A program made the translations under genes and the position numbers. A stretch of DNA of 64,000 nt, taken from assembly GCA_964016885.1 (NCBI GenBank), contig OZ024742.1, positions 354,330,001-354,394,000 of the forward strand, in the 5' to 3' direction. The stretch's first letter is position 1; each line of letters opens with the position of its first letter. The DNA comes from Eledone cirrhosa (Eukaryota). This document shows, one piece after another, positions 1 to 13,146 of this stretch. The notes under the pieces are model-generated. The model had not been told where the DNA came from. It made no database searches and worked only from the letters and a program-made list of their open reading frames with translations.

Positions 1-90
1 TTTCCCAGTGCATTACTGGTACTTTATTTTATCGATCCTGTAAGGATGAAAGGCAAAGTCAACCTCGGCGGGATTTGAACTCAGATCGTA
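1..90 (-). mobile_element. tRNA-derived SINE fragment (Nin-domain-like core)
   Basis: Reverse complement has B-box GAGTTCAAATCCC followed by GCCTTTCATCCTTACAGGATCGATAAAATAAAGTACCAG; same family as 6087-6265 and 7898-8082. Confidence 0.75.
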
Positions 91-774
91 AATGTGTTAT
101 TTTCAGTGCAGTGGAATAGGAGTATCGATCGAGCGTCGGAGAACATGCTTTTCTGCATAGAGGGACATCCCTTTACATTCTGATTTCAAATCCCGCTGAT
201 GAAGTGTCATCTTTACGTGGTTCACAAACTATAGTAATATTAAGGCATCTTTGTCGATTTAACCAGTTTTCTCTTCCCACAAACTGGTTGGCTTGTGTCT
301 ATATCAGAAACCAATATTGATTGGCAGATTATCCATTAGAAAATCGGTCAAATGTTTGTCAGTAATTTTTTTTTATTTTTAATTTCTAGTTTTAGTTCAT
401 TGAGAAGTAGACACAAATGGCATTGCACTTAAAATAGAAATGCCTTTAATCATCTATTTAAAGTCATTACTAGGATTATTAATCAAACGATTTTTTTTTT
501 CCTTTTCCAATTGTCAAAGCTTTGTCTCCCGCATCCTGCGGAATTTGTAGTGACATGTGTTCTTGTTTCTGACTAGCTCCTGTTACTGCAATTGTTTCAC
601 TTTTCTTTGAATTACTGCATTATATGTGGTTTCTGAATGGTTATATGTGTGGGGAGTAATGTGTACATGGATCTGTGTGTATGTGTATGTATGTGTGTGT
701 GTCTATGTTTCTTTGACCTTGTTCCCATAGAAATCTCTGTGCCAGCACCTTCCTGCCATATTGGTGTATAGCAC

Positions 775-2822
775 CTAGAGTTGGTGGTCCAAACAAGAAA
801 TATGTAAACCCTAGAAACTATAGAAGAATTAAATAAAGAAAATACCTGTGGTTTAATCCAATCTTCAATTCCTCTGTAAAAACTAGACTGCCTTCTACGT
901 TTTTTAAACTAATTGATAAGCACTTTCCTATATTACATAGATATCATAAAATCCTCAATAGAAAAACTAAAAATTCTCATGCTCTACGGCTGCAAATATA
1001 GAATCCCACATACGCAAGATCAACCACAGAAATACCTCTAGGGAAACCACCCCAATTATGCGCAACATAGCACCAAATTCTAAACATAAACACATCACCG
1101 TATCACAACCGCAGACGCATACGAGCGCGCCGCAGCAAAACCTTAACGGGCATGAATTCCAACCCACTTATAGCAGTGTACAAAACAGTAGTGTGGAAGC
1201 TGCACGGAAAAACAACTCAAACTGCAATTGTCACCTACCAGATAGGTGCCCATTGGCGAACAGGAGCCTTGAATCGAACCTAGTGTACATGTGTACGGTG
1301 AACTCGGGCAACTCCACTTGGCATTACATTGGCGCCACCGCGGGTACGTTTAAAAAAATGATGGTATGTGCACAGACATTCGATGACGAACCGTGCACTA
1401 ATAGGTTCTACAACCCTCGCCAAAAAAATCTGGGAACTTAAGGACAAAAACATTGACTACAATTTCAACTGGTTGATGTTGTCGTCCGCAAGGGCATATA
1501 GTGCTATTGTAGGCTCTGCGACCTTGAATTACTGTATATCCTTAGGAACGATAAAAGGCTACTCAACAACAACATAGAAAGGTCAATTTTCAGCAGACAC
1601 AGGATCGCTACTAAATTCACAAGTTTTAAGCCACCGTGATTCGAACCAACATAACTTAGCATTCAACATATGAAATCAGCACTCTCACACAGACAACCAC
1701 AGAACTATAATATTCTTTAAACAGCTTCTAGCCTCCTTAATTCTATACCACAGTAATGCCTGTAAATATCTTATCAACCCATAAATATATCTCTTCTCGG
1801 CTGCTGTCAACACCACCTCCTCACTTTGATTTTCAACAGATGAACTTAATTCTAAGTACATTATTTGACTACCATCACAGTCCTTGGAATATTTCCCTCC
1901 TCCTGTTGTTATAATGAACACCACAATGTATCCGTAATAGTATTCATCATGTTCTCTCTATATATACCTTGCTTTCTTAAACTCTGTATTACCTTATTGC
2001 CTATATTATTGTTGTGTTATTCATGCATGATATATTATTGGAGCTGTGAAAGGTAAACAACCCACATGATTCGAACCAACAATCCCTTCATCTAATATAG
2101 ACTCCTTAAATAATGAATCCGATTTACACCACATAAAAACTACCATCCTCACTAGAATGAAAATATTTTATCTGTCAGATAATAAATAAATCTTACGGTC
2201 ACACAAACCTACAGTAAAGTAAATGGTTCATTATTTCAAGCCCAGGTTTTCTCTACACTATATATAATATACCCCATGACAGCTTTTACATGTTAATATC
2301 ATATATCTGTTTCGTATCGGTTCGTTTTACATGCTTAAGTCATCAGTACACTCTATTTCTTACTTAGATTGATGTGATTATTTTAAATATTTACTATCTA
2401 TCTAATTTATTTGAGTATTGTTATTATTGTTCTGATTTAATGCCACTACTATATATAGATACCCCGCCTGTGTATATCCTTCATTCTCGCATGCTCTTAT
2501 GAATAGACTGGTTATAACAAAGTATTGGTGATCGATTGACGCAAAAACAGGTGGGTAGCGATTTCTAGACCTACCAGTTCAGATAAACAATTGTCTGCAA
2601 TGTGAATAAAGCCCTTATTGTATAGCAAACCATGTCACTCTTCTTTCTTGATTTATTATTACTCCAAGTGTAAACTACATAGAAATCACCGCGTACTCGC
2701 AGCATCACTTAGAAACGTCTTGTTGAGTCAAACTTACCCAAGCGTTAGTACTATCCACTACGCGGAGTAACCTAACTGGACTACATCTAAGTGGACTACC
2801 TATAACAATAATTTGTTATCCC

Positions 2823-2823
<1 letters not shown>
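775..2823 (+). mobile_element. 5'-truncated, frameshifted Penelope-like element (linker + GIY-YIG + 3' UTR)
   Basis: Translates to LWFNPIF, CNCHLPDRCPL, LVYMCTV..YIGATAG, RHSM..TTLAKKIWELK. Colinear with 62280-64000; ends in (TA)n. Confidence 0.85.
2492..2599 (+). ncRNA. degenerate hammerhead ribozyme with long stem II
   Basis: CUUAUGA core (CCGAAGA in the copy near 63917), CUGGU...ACCAG stem II, UAAA in place of GAAA, palindromic CAAUUG, then UC. Confidence 0.4.
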
Positions 2824-2891
<68 letters not shown>

Positions 2892-2938
2892 TATGTATGT
2901 ATACGTACATACATATATGTGTACAGACGTACAGTAGC

Positions 2939-2985
<47 letters not shown>

Positions 2986-3135
2986 CAGGCACACATATAT
3001 ATATGCACGTATCAGTTTACCGAACATTTATTATAATGTTCGCTTTGTTCGTTTGTAAACAAACGAACAGCCTGATTTACGCCGTACAGAGTTTAGGCAA
3101 CCACGTCACCTTTTTGTTCAACACTGACACAAGAA

Positions 3136-3176
3136 CGATGTACTAGTTTCAAGCTTGTTAGCTATCGTCAGCACCG
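3136..3176 (-). ncRNA. minimal type I hammerhead ribozyme (intact core)
   Basis: CGGUG-CUGACGA-UAGC UAACAA GCUU-GAAA-CUAG-UA/CAUCG; stem I CGGUG:CAUCG; palindromic stem III ACUAGU. Confidence 0.85.
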
Positions 3177-3415
3177 TATACCTTTCTGCCAGATGGTTGA
3201 ACATCCGAAAGTATATACTTTCCTTATGAAAATTAACGGCTGAGCAGCCTAATTTGCATATCGAGTGAGTTCAGTCGGCCAGGCGCACCGAAAACGATAA
3301 ATGGAATAGAATGAAACGAAATTTCATTTCTCACTCTTAGTACGGCACTTACTTAAATTTAAGTATGTATGTATACGTACATACATATATGTATACAGAC
3401 GTACAGTAGCATGTA

Positions 3416-3468
<53 letters not shown>

Positions 3469-3612
3469 CAGGCACACATATATGTATGCACGTATCAGTT
3501 TACCGAACATTTATTATAATGTTCGCTTTGTTCGTTTGCAAACAAACGAACATCCTGATTTACGCCGTACAGTGTTTAGGCAACCACGTCAACTATCTGG
3601 CAGAAAGGTATA

Positions 3613-3653
3613 CGTTGCTGACGATAGCTAACAAGCTTCAAACTAGTACATCG
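3613..3653 (+). ncRNA. hammerhead ribozyme, mutated inverted copy
   Basis: Same motif as 3136-3176 but GAAA->CAAA and one stem I mismatch. Confidence 0.6.
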
Positions 3654-3699
3654 TTCCTGTGTCAGTGTTGAACAAAAAGGTGACGTGGTTTATTAGGTT

Positions 3700-5495
3700 C
3701 ACGCTTTTGAGAGCGTGTGGGGGGGACGTTTCGGGATAATCCCTTCATCAGCAGACAAGTGAGTAGGAGTTCCGAGGGTGTGTTCGGGAGTGTTGGAAAG
3801 ACATTAAAAAGGGGGGGGCGATTTTTTTAGAAGTACAAATAAAAATAAAAATAAACATAAAAATAAACACGTGGTGGAAGGGTGTGTAGTATGTAGGGGT
3901 GGTGTGGCGGTGGAGTTGGGAGAGGAGGGCTAGGGGTCCGAGTGGGGAATGCTGAAGGTGGTGTTTGTGTATGTGTGTAGGTGTACGTGTGTGTGTGTGT
4001 GTGTGTGTGAATGTGAGAGTTGGGGGAAGAACGAGGTTCCGTGTTCAGGTAAAGGGGAACCGGTATATACATGTTGTGGGGTGTAAGTCGGTGTGTGCGT
4101 GCGTGTGGATGGAGACGGGTCAGAGGGTTGGGGGAGGGGGAGTGTGGGTTCCAGGAGCTGAGTGTGTGTATGTGGGGATACGCACGTGGGTGTTTGTGTT
4201 TATACGTGGTGTGGATGTAGGTGCCGTAGTTTGAAAAAAAAATTGAGTGATTGTTCCGTGGAGTGTGCGATAATATGTTGGATATTTCTCATATTGTAGA
4301 ATGGATAGCTGGAACGATGACCGGTGGTGTGAAATCCATTTGTCGTGGTGCAGAAGTGGAGAGACGTCGGGTGCGCGTGCAACAGGAAGTGGTCAGAAGG
4401 TCAAGGCAGGGTGAAGAGGTAGCATAGAGGAGGATGACAGGTGAAGAAAGGGTCTGTATGTGGTGTGGACTGTGTGTCTGTGTGTGCGGAGGTACGTTAG
4501 GGAGAGCAGAGAATGGTTAGGCTTGAAAGGTTGATGGAGAAGGTGGTGGTGTGGGGCATGGGGTGTATATTAGTGGAGATGTTAGTGGGATGTATGTGTG
4601 TGAAGGGGTCAAGGTGGAGCGGGGAGAGGGAGAGAAAAGGTGATGGTGAAGGAGGAGGCAGTGTAGTGCACTGGTGTGTGCGTGCGTGTTTGGAGGAGTG
4701 TGTGTGGTAGAGGGGGGGGGGGTGTTAGTATTACTGGTGGTGAGGAAAGGGGTGATTGCAGGTGTGGAAGTGGGAGTTAGTGGAGGTTGCATATGTAGAG
4801 AGGCTGGTGTACGTAGGTGTGGGTGGGTGTATGTGTGATGGTGTGTGTTCCTGTGCGTTGGGTTGGCGGGATGTTAGTGATATTAGTTGTGGGGTGGTAG
4901 GAGTGGATGTGTGAGTGAGGGTTAGTGGTGGTAGTAGGTGTGCGGATAGTGTGAGTGCGTGTATATATATGTACATGTGTGGTGTGTGCGTGTGGGAAGT
5001 GTGGGTGCGCGGGTGTTAGGGGCAGTTGGAAGTGTGGGTGCGCGGGTGTTAGGGGCATTGGTGGGGATGATAGTATTATTAGTCGTGGTGTGGGCCAAGG
5101 GGTTGGGGGCAGTGAAATGGAGGAGTGGGTTAGTGGTGTTAGTGGGGGATGTGTGGAGGGAAAGGTGGGCGGTCGAAGGCTAAAGGAATAGGGGTGGGGA
5201 GTTCAGGCCGGTGGAGGTCAGTAGGGTGAAGATGGTGTGTTTTTCGACCGTGATGCGGGTGGCGGATGTTCCATGGCATTGGACCGGGCCACAGACAGTG
5301 GAGTGGTGGGCGGAATGTCCAGGTGAGCCAAAGTGGCGGACGGTGGGGGAAGTCCCGCCGAGACGAATATCACCAAGGTGTTCTGTGAAACGATCCGCCA
5401 GGCGACGTCCAGTCTGTCCGACGTAGGATGCGAAGTCCATAGACGAGGTTGGGGGAGATGCAGCGGAAGGCGTGCCGGACAGAGACAGAGTGGCC

Positions 5496-5496
<1 letters not shown>
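3700..5496 (-). mobile_element. Penelope-like element 3' fragment (GIY-YIG, long C/A-rich UTR, HHR)
   Basis: ORF 5180-5440: YVGQTGRRLADRFTEH...RHF...E. Strongly strand-biased UTR 3850-5170; HHR core at the distal end. Confidence 0.75.
3725..3751 (-). ncRNA. minimal hammerhead core
   Basis: CUGAUGA-A-GGGA UUA UCCC-GAAA-CG-UC; the stem I partner is not preserved. Confidence 0.6.
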
Positions 5497-5542
<46 letters not shown>

Positions 5543-5548
<6 letters not shown>

Positions 5549-5894
5549 AAAAAGAGATGAAATCGAAAATGCAACTGAAGTCTTATTTTTTTTAAAAATA
5601 TATATATTTATTTGGTTCCTTTACCGGTTTCGCAGTTCTTCTGCTTTTTAAAAGGTGAGTTGAGATGGAGGGTCTGTGGGAAAAACCACATATGAGAAAA
5701 ACCACAGACCCTCCATCTCAACTCACCTTTTGAAAAGCAGAAGAACTGCGAAACCGGTAAAGGAACCAAATAAATATATATATTTTAAAAAAAAATAAGA
5801 CTTCAGTTGCATTTTCGATATCATCTCTTTTTCTTTATACTTTCACTCGTGTAGGACACCTCGGTTATTTTTCATTTTGTAAAAAAAACCACAC

Positions 5895-5900
<6 letters not shown>
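5543..5900. mobile_element. foldback element (~145-bp inverted arms) in (TA)n
   Basis: ~5543-5690 is the near-perfect reverse complement of ~5701-5839; flanked by TA runs. Confidence 0.85.
5726..5763 (+). ncRNA. hammerhead ribozyme, U3:A8 variant
   Basis: CCUU-UUGAAAA-GCAG AAGAA CUGC-GAAA-CCGG-UA/AAGG. The minus copy at 5618-5655 has G5->A. Confidence 0.75.
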
Positions 5901-5939
<39 letters not shown>

Positions 5940-6086
5940 TTGTTTCTGATTATATGATTCTTATAACGTAATTTGATACAACCATATCTTTTTGCCTATG
6001 ACGTATGAATTGTTGTTTTGTAATGGATGACATCATCTATTGTCAGAAGGTAGTATTGACGCATCACTTCAGAGAGAAATAATTAA

Positions 6087-6265
6087 TTGTTTCTACTTTA
6101 GGCACAAGGCCAGCAATTAACCAGTGCATTACTGGTACTTTATTTTATCGACCCCGTAAGGATGAAAGGCAAAGTCAACCTCGGCGGGATTTGAACTCAG
6201 ATCGTAAAGGGACGTAACTATGCTGGAAACATGGCGTCCGACCCTCTACCGATACTGCCAATCCA
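6087..6265 (-). mobile_element. tRNA-derived SINE
   Basis: A box TGGCAGTATCGG, B box GTTCAAATCC and Nin-like core on the minus strand. Confidence 0.85.
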
Positions 6266-7897
6266 AAATATTTAATGAAAGCCATACACAGTTTGGATTG
6301 TCCAGATGAAATAAACGATCCCAACTCATACAGGCAGCTTCATATCTCTACTTGCAATGTTCAAACATAGTAACTGACTCAGTGAATTCGAGCCTTCAGA
6401 ATTACACTAATAGAAAGCGAAGCAGCAATATCCTATTTAAACCTAACTGTTGCTCTTTTCTACGCGTTGGATATTCGATGGATACACTATGTTACGTTAT
6501 ATAAGAGATGAGATCTCAAGACTGCTACTATTTTAAACATACCATCACTTGATGCGATTTGAAATATATCTAATTACATAAGGAGGAAAAATACATACCT
6601 TGCACATTTGATTTTCTTAACATATATTTCATTGAAGCAGACGATCGCAGGTTTTCTAATAATGTCATTGATTATCGTTTGTAATAAGGTTTCATTTATT
6701 TACTTCTTTGCTTCATTGCTGGAAGGTATGACACATAATTTTATATACAGTAGAACATCACATTATTATTACAATATGAAATATTTTATAGCAAAGCAAC
6801 GACTATCATTCTATTGTCATTTTACATTTGTCTTGAAACTAAATAACAACGCCCATGGTAAACAGAAGCAGTAATAAAATAAAACATATCTTCATGAATG
6901 TATTATTTCAGTGTATAATATTGCATACGTAATCGAATCAGAAATGAAGTTTTTGCGGATATTTTTCAAATAAACAATTTCAAATTTCTATGAAATATTA
7001 CAAGATGATGTTTTACTTGATTTTTCAATGACTTATGTTTCATCACTTTCAGAATTTTAGATTTAAATAGTGGAAAGAATCAAATACATGTGTCGTTTGT
7101 TTTTTAAATAATAAAAACTAATCACATTTGCAATATTTTTAACTTTAACCTTCAATTTGTATAACAAATAATCACTACCTTGAAGTTTCCGTTCAATATC
7201 ATTGACATTTTACACCTGTTCTTTTGGATAATATTCCGTTTCTAATGCAATTTAATGATTCGAATGTTGATACAATTTGCATTTGCGAAAACGAGTAGCA
7301 TTTAGAAATAAACTTATACAATTCAGCATAATGTGAAACATTTCCATTGTATACCAATTCTATTTCAAATTCTGAACGTAACAGCTAAATCTCACTGATT
7401 TTGTATGTAACAGTAAAATCGCAGCCATGAAAGTTTCTGCAGTATTTCCGAAAGAAAGTGAGTATTGGTCATATTTATAAATGTAGTCGGCAATATCAAA
7501 ATTCCACAAACCACACCAAAACTTATTAAAAAAAGATATTGGTCAGTCAATTTCATATATCATGTTCTTAACAATATTGATGCTTATAGCTGCAGTGAAT
7601 TCCATCGTGTCTGTTTGACTAGTTATATTGCAATCTTAACTACAGTATGAACAAGAATAATATGTTTACATTTACGTATTAAAACGTGAAGGCACGTCAA
7701 TGTAATATTATTCCCGTAACATAAATGAATTTACTTACTAAGTATGAGCATAAGCCATGTATTTAGTACTAGGTGGAGCAGGTATTAAACCTGCTATGAT
7801 TTATCATCCTGGTTAAACAACCCTCAAATCGTCAAGAAAATCACATTTTTTAGATAGTGAAATAATATCATCTACAAGACATCATTATTATTATTAT

Positions 7898-8082
7898 GGG
7901 GTGGATTGGCAGTATCGGTAGAGAGTCGGACACCATGCTTTCCAGTGTAGTTACGTCCCTTTGCGGTCTGAGTTCAAATCCCGCCGAGGTTGACTTTGCC
8001 TTTCATCCTTACGGGGTCGATAAAATAAAGTACCAGTAATGTACTGGGTCATTACTGGACTTGTGCCAAAAGTAGAATCAAT
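7898..8082 (+). mobile_element. tRNA-derived SINE
   Basis: TGGCAGTATCGG...GAGTTCAAATCCC...GCCTTTCATCCTTACGGGGTCGATAAA. Confidence 0.85.
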
Positions 8083-10744
8083 TATTAAAGAAAAACAAAC
8101 ACTCATTGTAAAATATTCATTTTTCCTTTCTTTTAACACAACATTTTTCTTCGTTTCATGTCATGATATTATGCGTAAATGGCATTCGTTCCAAGAATTT
8201 ACAAATACCTAACTACCTTTGTGTATCAGATGAGGAAATATAAACAAATATGTATAGAAAATAATTAGATGAACAACTATAAATTATTCATTTAAATGTG
8301 AGATCTTCTCTGAATAGAATCTTCCTCAACGTTTATTTATTTCAGTTATATGGCTATAAGGGATTAAGCGGATTCCAAGTGATATACATTTCTTCAAAGA
8401 GTATGGGTAGGAAATGAATACTTTAATTAGAAAAAAGTTTTATAGTGTTTGAATTTTTGCTCTTTGTTTAATTTTGTTATTATCAAAAGAATGAGTGCTT
8501 TCATGTATAAACCACAGAGTAAGTCCCATACAGTCGGAGATGAAAGTATCACAATTCAATTTGTGACTCGATTCGATAAAATAAAACTAATATTACTAAA
8601 TTGGAGATTAAACCATCTGACATTAGGATTACATAGCTGGAGTTAGGATCAAAAGCTTTTTAAGAAGAGATGCTTAGATAATATTCTGTAACATTTGGAA
8701 TTATACTTGTCTAAAACCATTCTTGCAGCGGTCAATGAAGTATATATATCCAAATTATAATTTCTTATATGGAAATCGTGCATTAGCTTGTAAAATCATT
8801 TTTTATAAATACAATATTTCTTTTATATGGGAATATTGTATGTGTAATGATTCGTGCTAACTGTAAATTTACATTTTCTTCGCTAACATTAGCAGATATC
8901 GTAACATTAGCAGATATTTTACGCCAAACTGAGAAAGAAATATCTGATGGTTTTGATAAAGTTGTTCCTTAACAATAAATATGTATCTCGTCATGTATGC
9001 GAGTAGAACATATAAAAAAGAAAAAAACATCTAATATGACTATAAATGCAATAAATGAAAAGAATGGGACGGAGAACAAGGACTACTAGACGAAAGAAGA
9101 AAGAAAGATGGCAGGTGAAAGGGTGACATATTCTGCAGCTATGTCAAAGCGGTGTTTCGGCTGTGCACCGCAGACAAAATGGCAGTTATATTTCCTCGGA
9201 TATGGCCAGCGGCACACGCCACTCCAGCCAGCACACTCCCAGTAGTTCGTCGTCAGAGGGGCAGCTATCGATAAGATTTTACGGAATAGGTCAGCTGTGT
9301 GGGGCCCGAGGACGTCTCAGGTCTCGTCAGTGACCCCTGCAAACAGAAAGCGAACAGAGAATTTCTGATATTTTCTTGTCTTCCTGTCCTCTGCATTGTG
9401 TGCCGCAGTACCACGGTTTGGAGCCGAGATGTTTTAGTTGAAAGTGCTGAACGTGTCACAGAATGTCACGTCACAGACGAGACATTTATCTCCTTTGAAA
9501 GGGAAGAGGGTAATTCCGTCAAGGTGCTTGTCCTCACCACGATCGTGGCTAACGGGCTCCAGATGTGACGGGATTCCGCTTGCGTCGGGGCTCTTTTTCA
9601 TTATATCGTCGAGAGTAGCATATCGGCGGCAGGATTATGGGTGCAGGCTGAACTCAACTTCTATACAGTAAGTAATGCTAATTGATATTATAGTTGTTCA
9701 CACTCCTGTTTCGATTGCGAAATGTTCAAACTTACGAAATTTAGTAAAAAAGGGAAATATATTTTCAATAAAACAACATATGTTAAATTATTTCAATGAA
9801 CGAACAGATCACCATATTTTAAGGATAAACCCCTTTATCATAGCCATACGTGCCATCTGGCTTCACGACTCACACTTTAAATATCAGCAAATCCCCGTAG
9901 CAAAATGTACATTATTTCTTAAATACAAATCCTTAGCCATCATTATTGATATTGATATAATTACAAAGCATCTAAGCGTTGATATATACTAACTTATGGC
10001 ATAGGGATGTAGCACGTAATACGTCATTACAGGTACTATCAATTAACATAAATTACTAAGAATGAATTTCTTCAAATACACAGTCATATATTTACACAGT
10101 CATATATTAAATGTGAAACTAGATACAATTCTATATCGACCATAATCAAAGGAATTACAACTTACCTGAGTATTCTAAACCCTGTATTTTACACACGTAT
10201 GTAATGCAACGTACTCATTCAGCTAATATTGATTCCCCCCAGGCAAACTACGTATTTCTTTTCAGGTTTTACTGAACGGAATTAATAAACTGTTTAAATA
10301 CGAACTATAATTCAGTGTTCATGGCGAGAAGACACACGAGATGATATTGAAATATAGCTTGATTTTTTAACTGCCCCAAACAATCTAATGGGTTACTTAG
10401 TATAATCACACTCCAATCCAATGTAGTAGCCATAGCTTCATGAGCTTTACTTACTTAAATCGAGCCACGAGTTATGCAACTTTATGAATTCTGCTTATTT
10501 AACTTGCAGTTAAATGTATGATGTTGGACATCCGTCAATCGAGACGACTAGTGTTCTAGTTTTAATTCTGTCAAAGAAACAGTCCCCCCCATGAAATCAG
10601 TATTCATGTGATGTGTGTATATATATATTCACAAAGAAACACGTGTATACTTAAATTAGTTTTCTTGCGGATTCAGCTTAGCATAATTTGAGACAAGGAC
10701 TGGTCATTTCAGCCACGCTTAACACAAGCATATGCAAGCATATA

Positions 10745-10865
10745 TAAGCCGGAGATAGCATGAAACAAAGCGTAATTTTCTAGAAGATAAGACGGTACTG
10801 GGATTCAAACTCACGAAATTATAATCGTGAGCTGAACACCATAACCATTATACCACGTGCCTCTA
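10745..10865 (-). mobile_element. degenerate tRNA-head SINE (second family)
   Basis: Minus strand GTGGTATAATGGTTA...GAGTTTGAATCCC; resembles 18545-18710. Confidence 0.45.
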
Positions 10866-11139
10866 CAGTTTATGTTAAGTTAATAAGAATGAACGTTTAT
10901 CCTTAGTGAATAACCCGACATCTAAGAAGAAATGTTGTTCACTCTATTATTAAAAACATAAAGAAATGTTGTAATGTTTCCTAATATATTTAACAGAATG
11001 GAACTATAAAGATAATCAGGTGAATTGAACTACATATCTCGGTTGCATGACTAGTGTGTTAACTATTATGCAAACGTTGTTCACACATTTATCTGCGGTC
11101 TTGGTGGATTCATTGGGAACCCATTTAGGTATCGATAGC

Positions 11140-11415
11140 TGGAGATCCAAATATCACGGGTGGACTTCCCAATATCATGGGAGGACTTCCCAACATCACA
11201 GGTGGATTCCCAACATCACGATTGAACCTCCCAATACATGAAGTGGACTTCCTAATATCATCAGGTGGACTCTCCAATATCACGGGTTAACTTCACTATA
11301 TAACTGGGGGACTTCCCAATATCACGGGTGAACTTCCCAATATCACGGATGGACTTCACTATATCACGGGTTGACTTCCCAATATCACGGGTGGACTTTC
11401 CAATATCAGGAGGTG
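11140..11415 (+). repeat. 21-bp minisatellite (~12 degenerate units)
   Basis: Unit GGTGGACTTCCCAATATCACG. Confidence 0.85.
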
Positions 11416-11700
11416 AGTATTTCATGCTGCTATGTTTTAAGTTTTGGAGCAATTTGAACATGTTGGTATTGGAAATTTCTCACACTATTTAAGTGTCGTT
11501 AACTTATTACACAGACGCCATTGAATGTCATTATTAATAGCCCAGGTGATTTTACATTTGTGTGTTTTAGCATTTGTCTCTTTGTGTTGTTATTGAGTGT
11601 TCTTTTTTATATCATTTAGCTTTTGCTTGTTTACCTGCAAAACATATTCGAAGGTCATCGTATCTGCAAAACATATTTTGAGTAGAAATGCCGTATGACG

Positions 11701-11808
11701 AAAGGTATAATGATGTTAACGTGCACCAAAGGTATAATGATGTTAACGTGCACCAAAGGTATAATGATGTTAACGTGCACCAAAGGTATAATGATGTTAA
11801 CGTGCACC
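11701..11808 (+). repeat. 27-bp tandem repeat x4
   Basis: AAAGGTATAATGATGTTAACGTGCACC, identical copies with no spacers. Confidence 0.9.
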
Positions 11809-12746
11809 TTTATATGAAGATAACAACAACTAACGCATTGTCTCCTACAACCAACACTAACATCATCATCACCATATGGAGTTGCAAAAGGTGGTGGAGT
11901 AGAAATTTCGCATAAAATTAACGTAAACGTGACGGAAATAATGAACATATTCCCGGCCTCGGTAATGGCTTTGTTCATGCAGGTATCATAATATCCTTAT
12001 ACGGAAATATCCACGACTTTAGTTAGATTTACACTATATGTTATGCCATTATATCATCGTAACACATTTCTTCCAGACCAATTGCGATGTAATACGAATT
12101 ATGAAGCATTGCCATTCTCTCTCTACACAAATTGGATGTAGGGCATCGCAGTAATTAAAACTGATTTTACAAGGATCTTAGTTCATGCTAGATGAACAGG
12201 TCAAAGCAGTTGTGCATAAACGGTCCTAACGCCAATCATAAAACTTCTCTTTCTACTCTGAAATCCATTAATTTGTAAAATATTTGCAAAAGTGTAGTGA
12301 AATTAATGGGGGTAGTAATGAAAATTGACACGGATATTTCTCTTGTGTTGTAGAAATTAGGTTATCTGTTTTATTATTTTTCATATTACCAGTTTCCATT
12401 TCACAAATAATATTGACAAAACCACTGGGAATTAATTTAATGATTTAAAGAAAGAAAATTCAATTACTGTGTTAGGGTGTTCGCTCATTTCATTAGATAT
12501 ATTAATAAAATCGAGCGTATTTGAAATTATTATAACTAGCAAAGGCAATAAATTCTAACTGGGATGAGGTACGACAAATCCATATCACAATTGACCGATG
12601 GAGAATGAAATTTGAAATTGATATGATTATATTAATGGCTTGAGAAGAATAGTCAATTATTTCTCTCTCTCGCTCTCTCTGTTATATATAAATATATATA
12701 TATAAGTGTGTGCGCGTGCGTGTGTGTGCGTGTGTGTGTGTGCCAT

Positions 12747-12801
<55 letters not shown>

Positions 12802-13108
12802 CACAAACACACACACACACGGACACACACACACACAAATATATATATTTATATATAACACTATTAATAATTGTACACAAAATATCGGTCATATTGGCTG
12901 GTAATCACTCCATGGCAGAAGAGTTGTTAAAAGAACCAGAGTGTAGACATCAGTAAATATTATCTAGATAATATTTATTTAAGGACAAGTGGAAATATAT
13001 AGATATTCAAGGAAAGTGGGAAGACGAGCCAGAAACACTTATATGAAGACAGTAAATACCGAGTCTTATATATGCATGTAAGTATATATAAATATACACA
13101 CACACACA

Positions 13109-13140
<32 letters not shown>

Positions 13141-13146
<6 letters not shown>

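Larger units (their letters stand above)
2888..3692. mobile_element. non-autonomous element with direct and inverted duplications and two HHR copies
   Basis: ~2888-3108 is repeated at ~3361-3590; ~3100-3200 is inverted at ~3590-3690; a related copy lies at 14685-14910. Confidence 0.7.

Noticed and set aside
190-230. CTGATGA at 196
   Set aside because: Lies in a degenerate SINE after the B box; no stem II or GAAA.
7898-7990. tRNA gene
   Set aside because: The A/B boxes belong to a multi-copy SINE head; there is no cloverleaf.
11140-11808. CRISPR-like appearance of short repeats
   Set aside because: No unique spacers, no cas genes, and a eukaryotic context.
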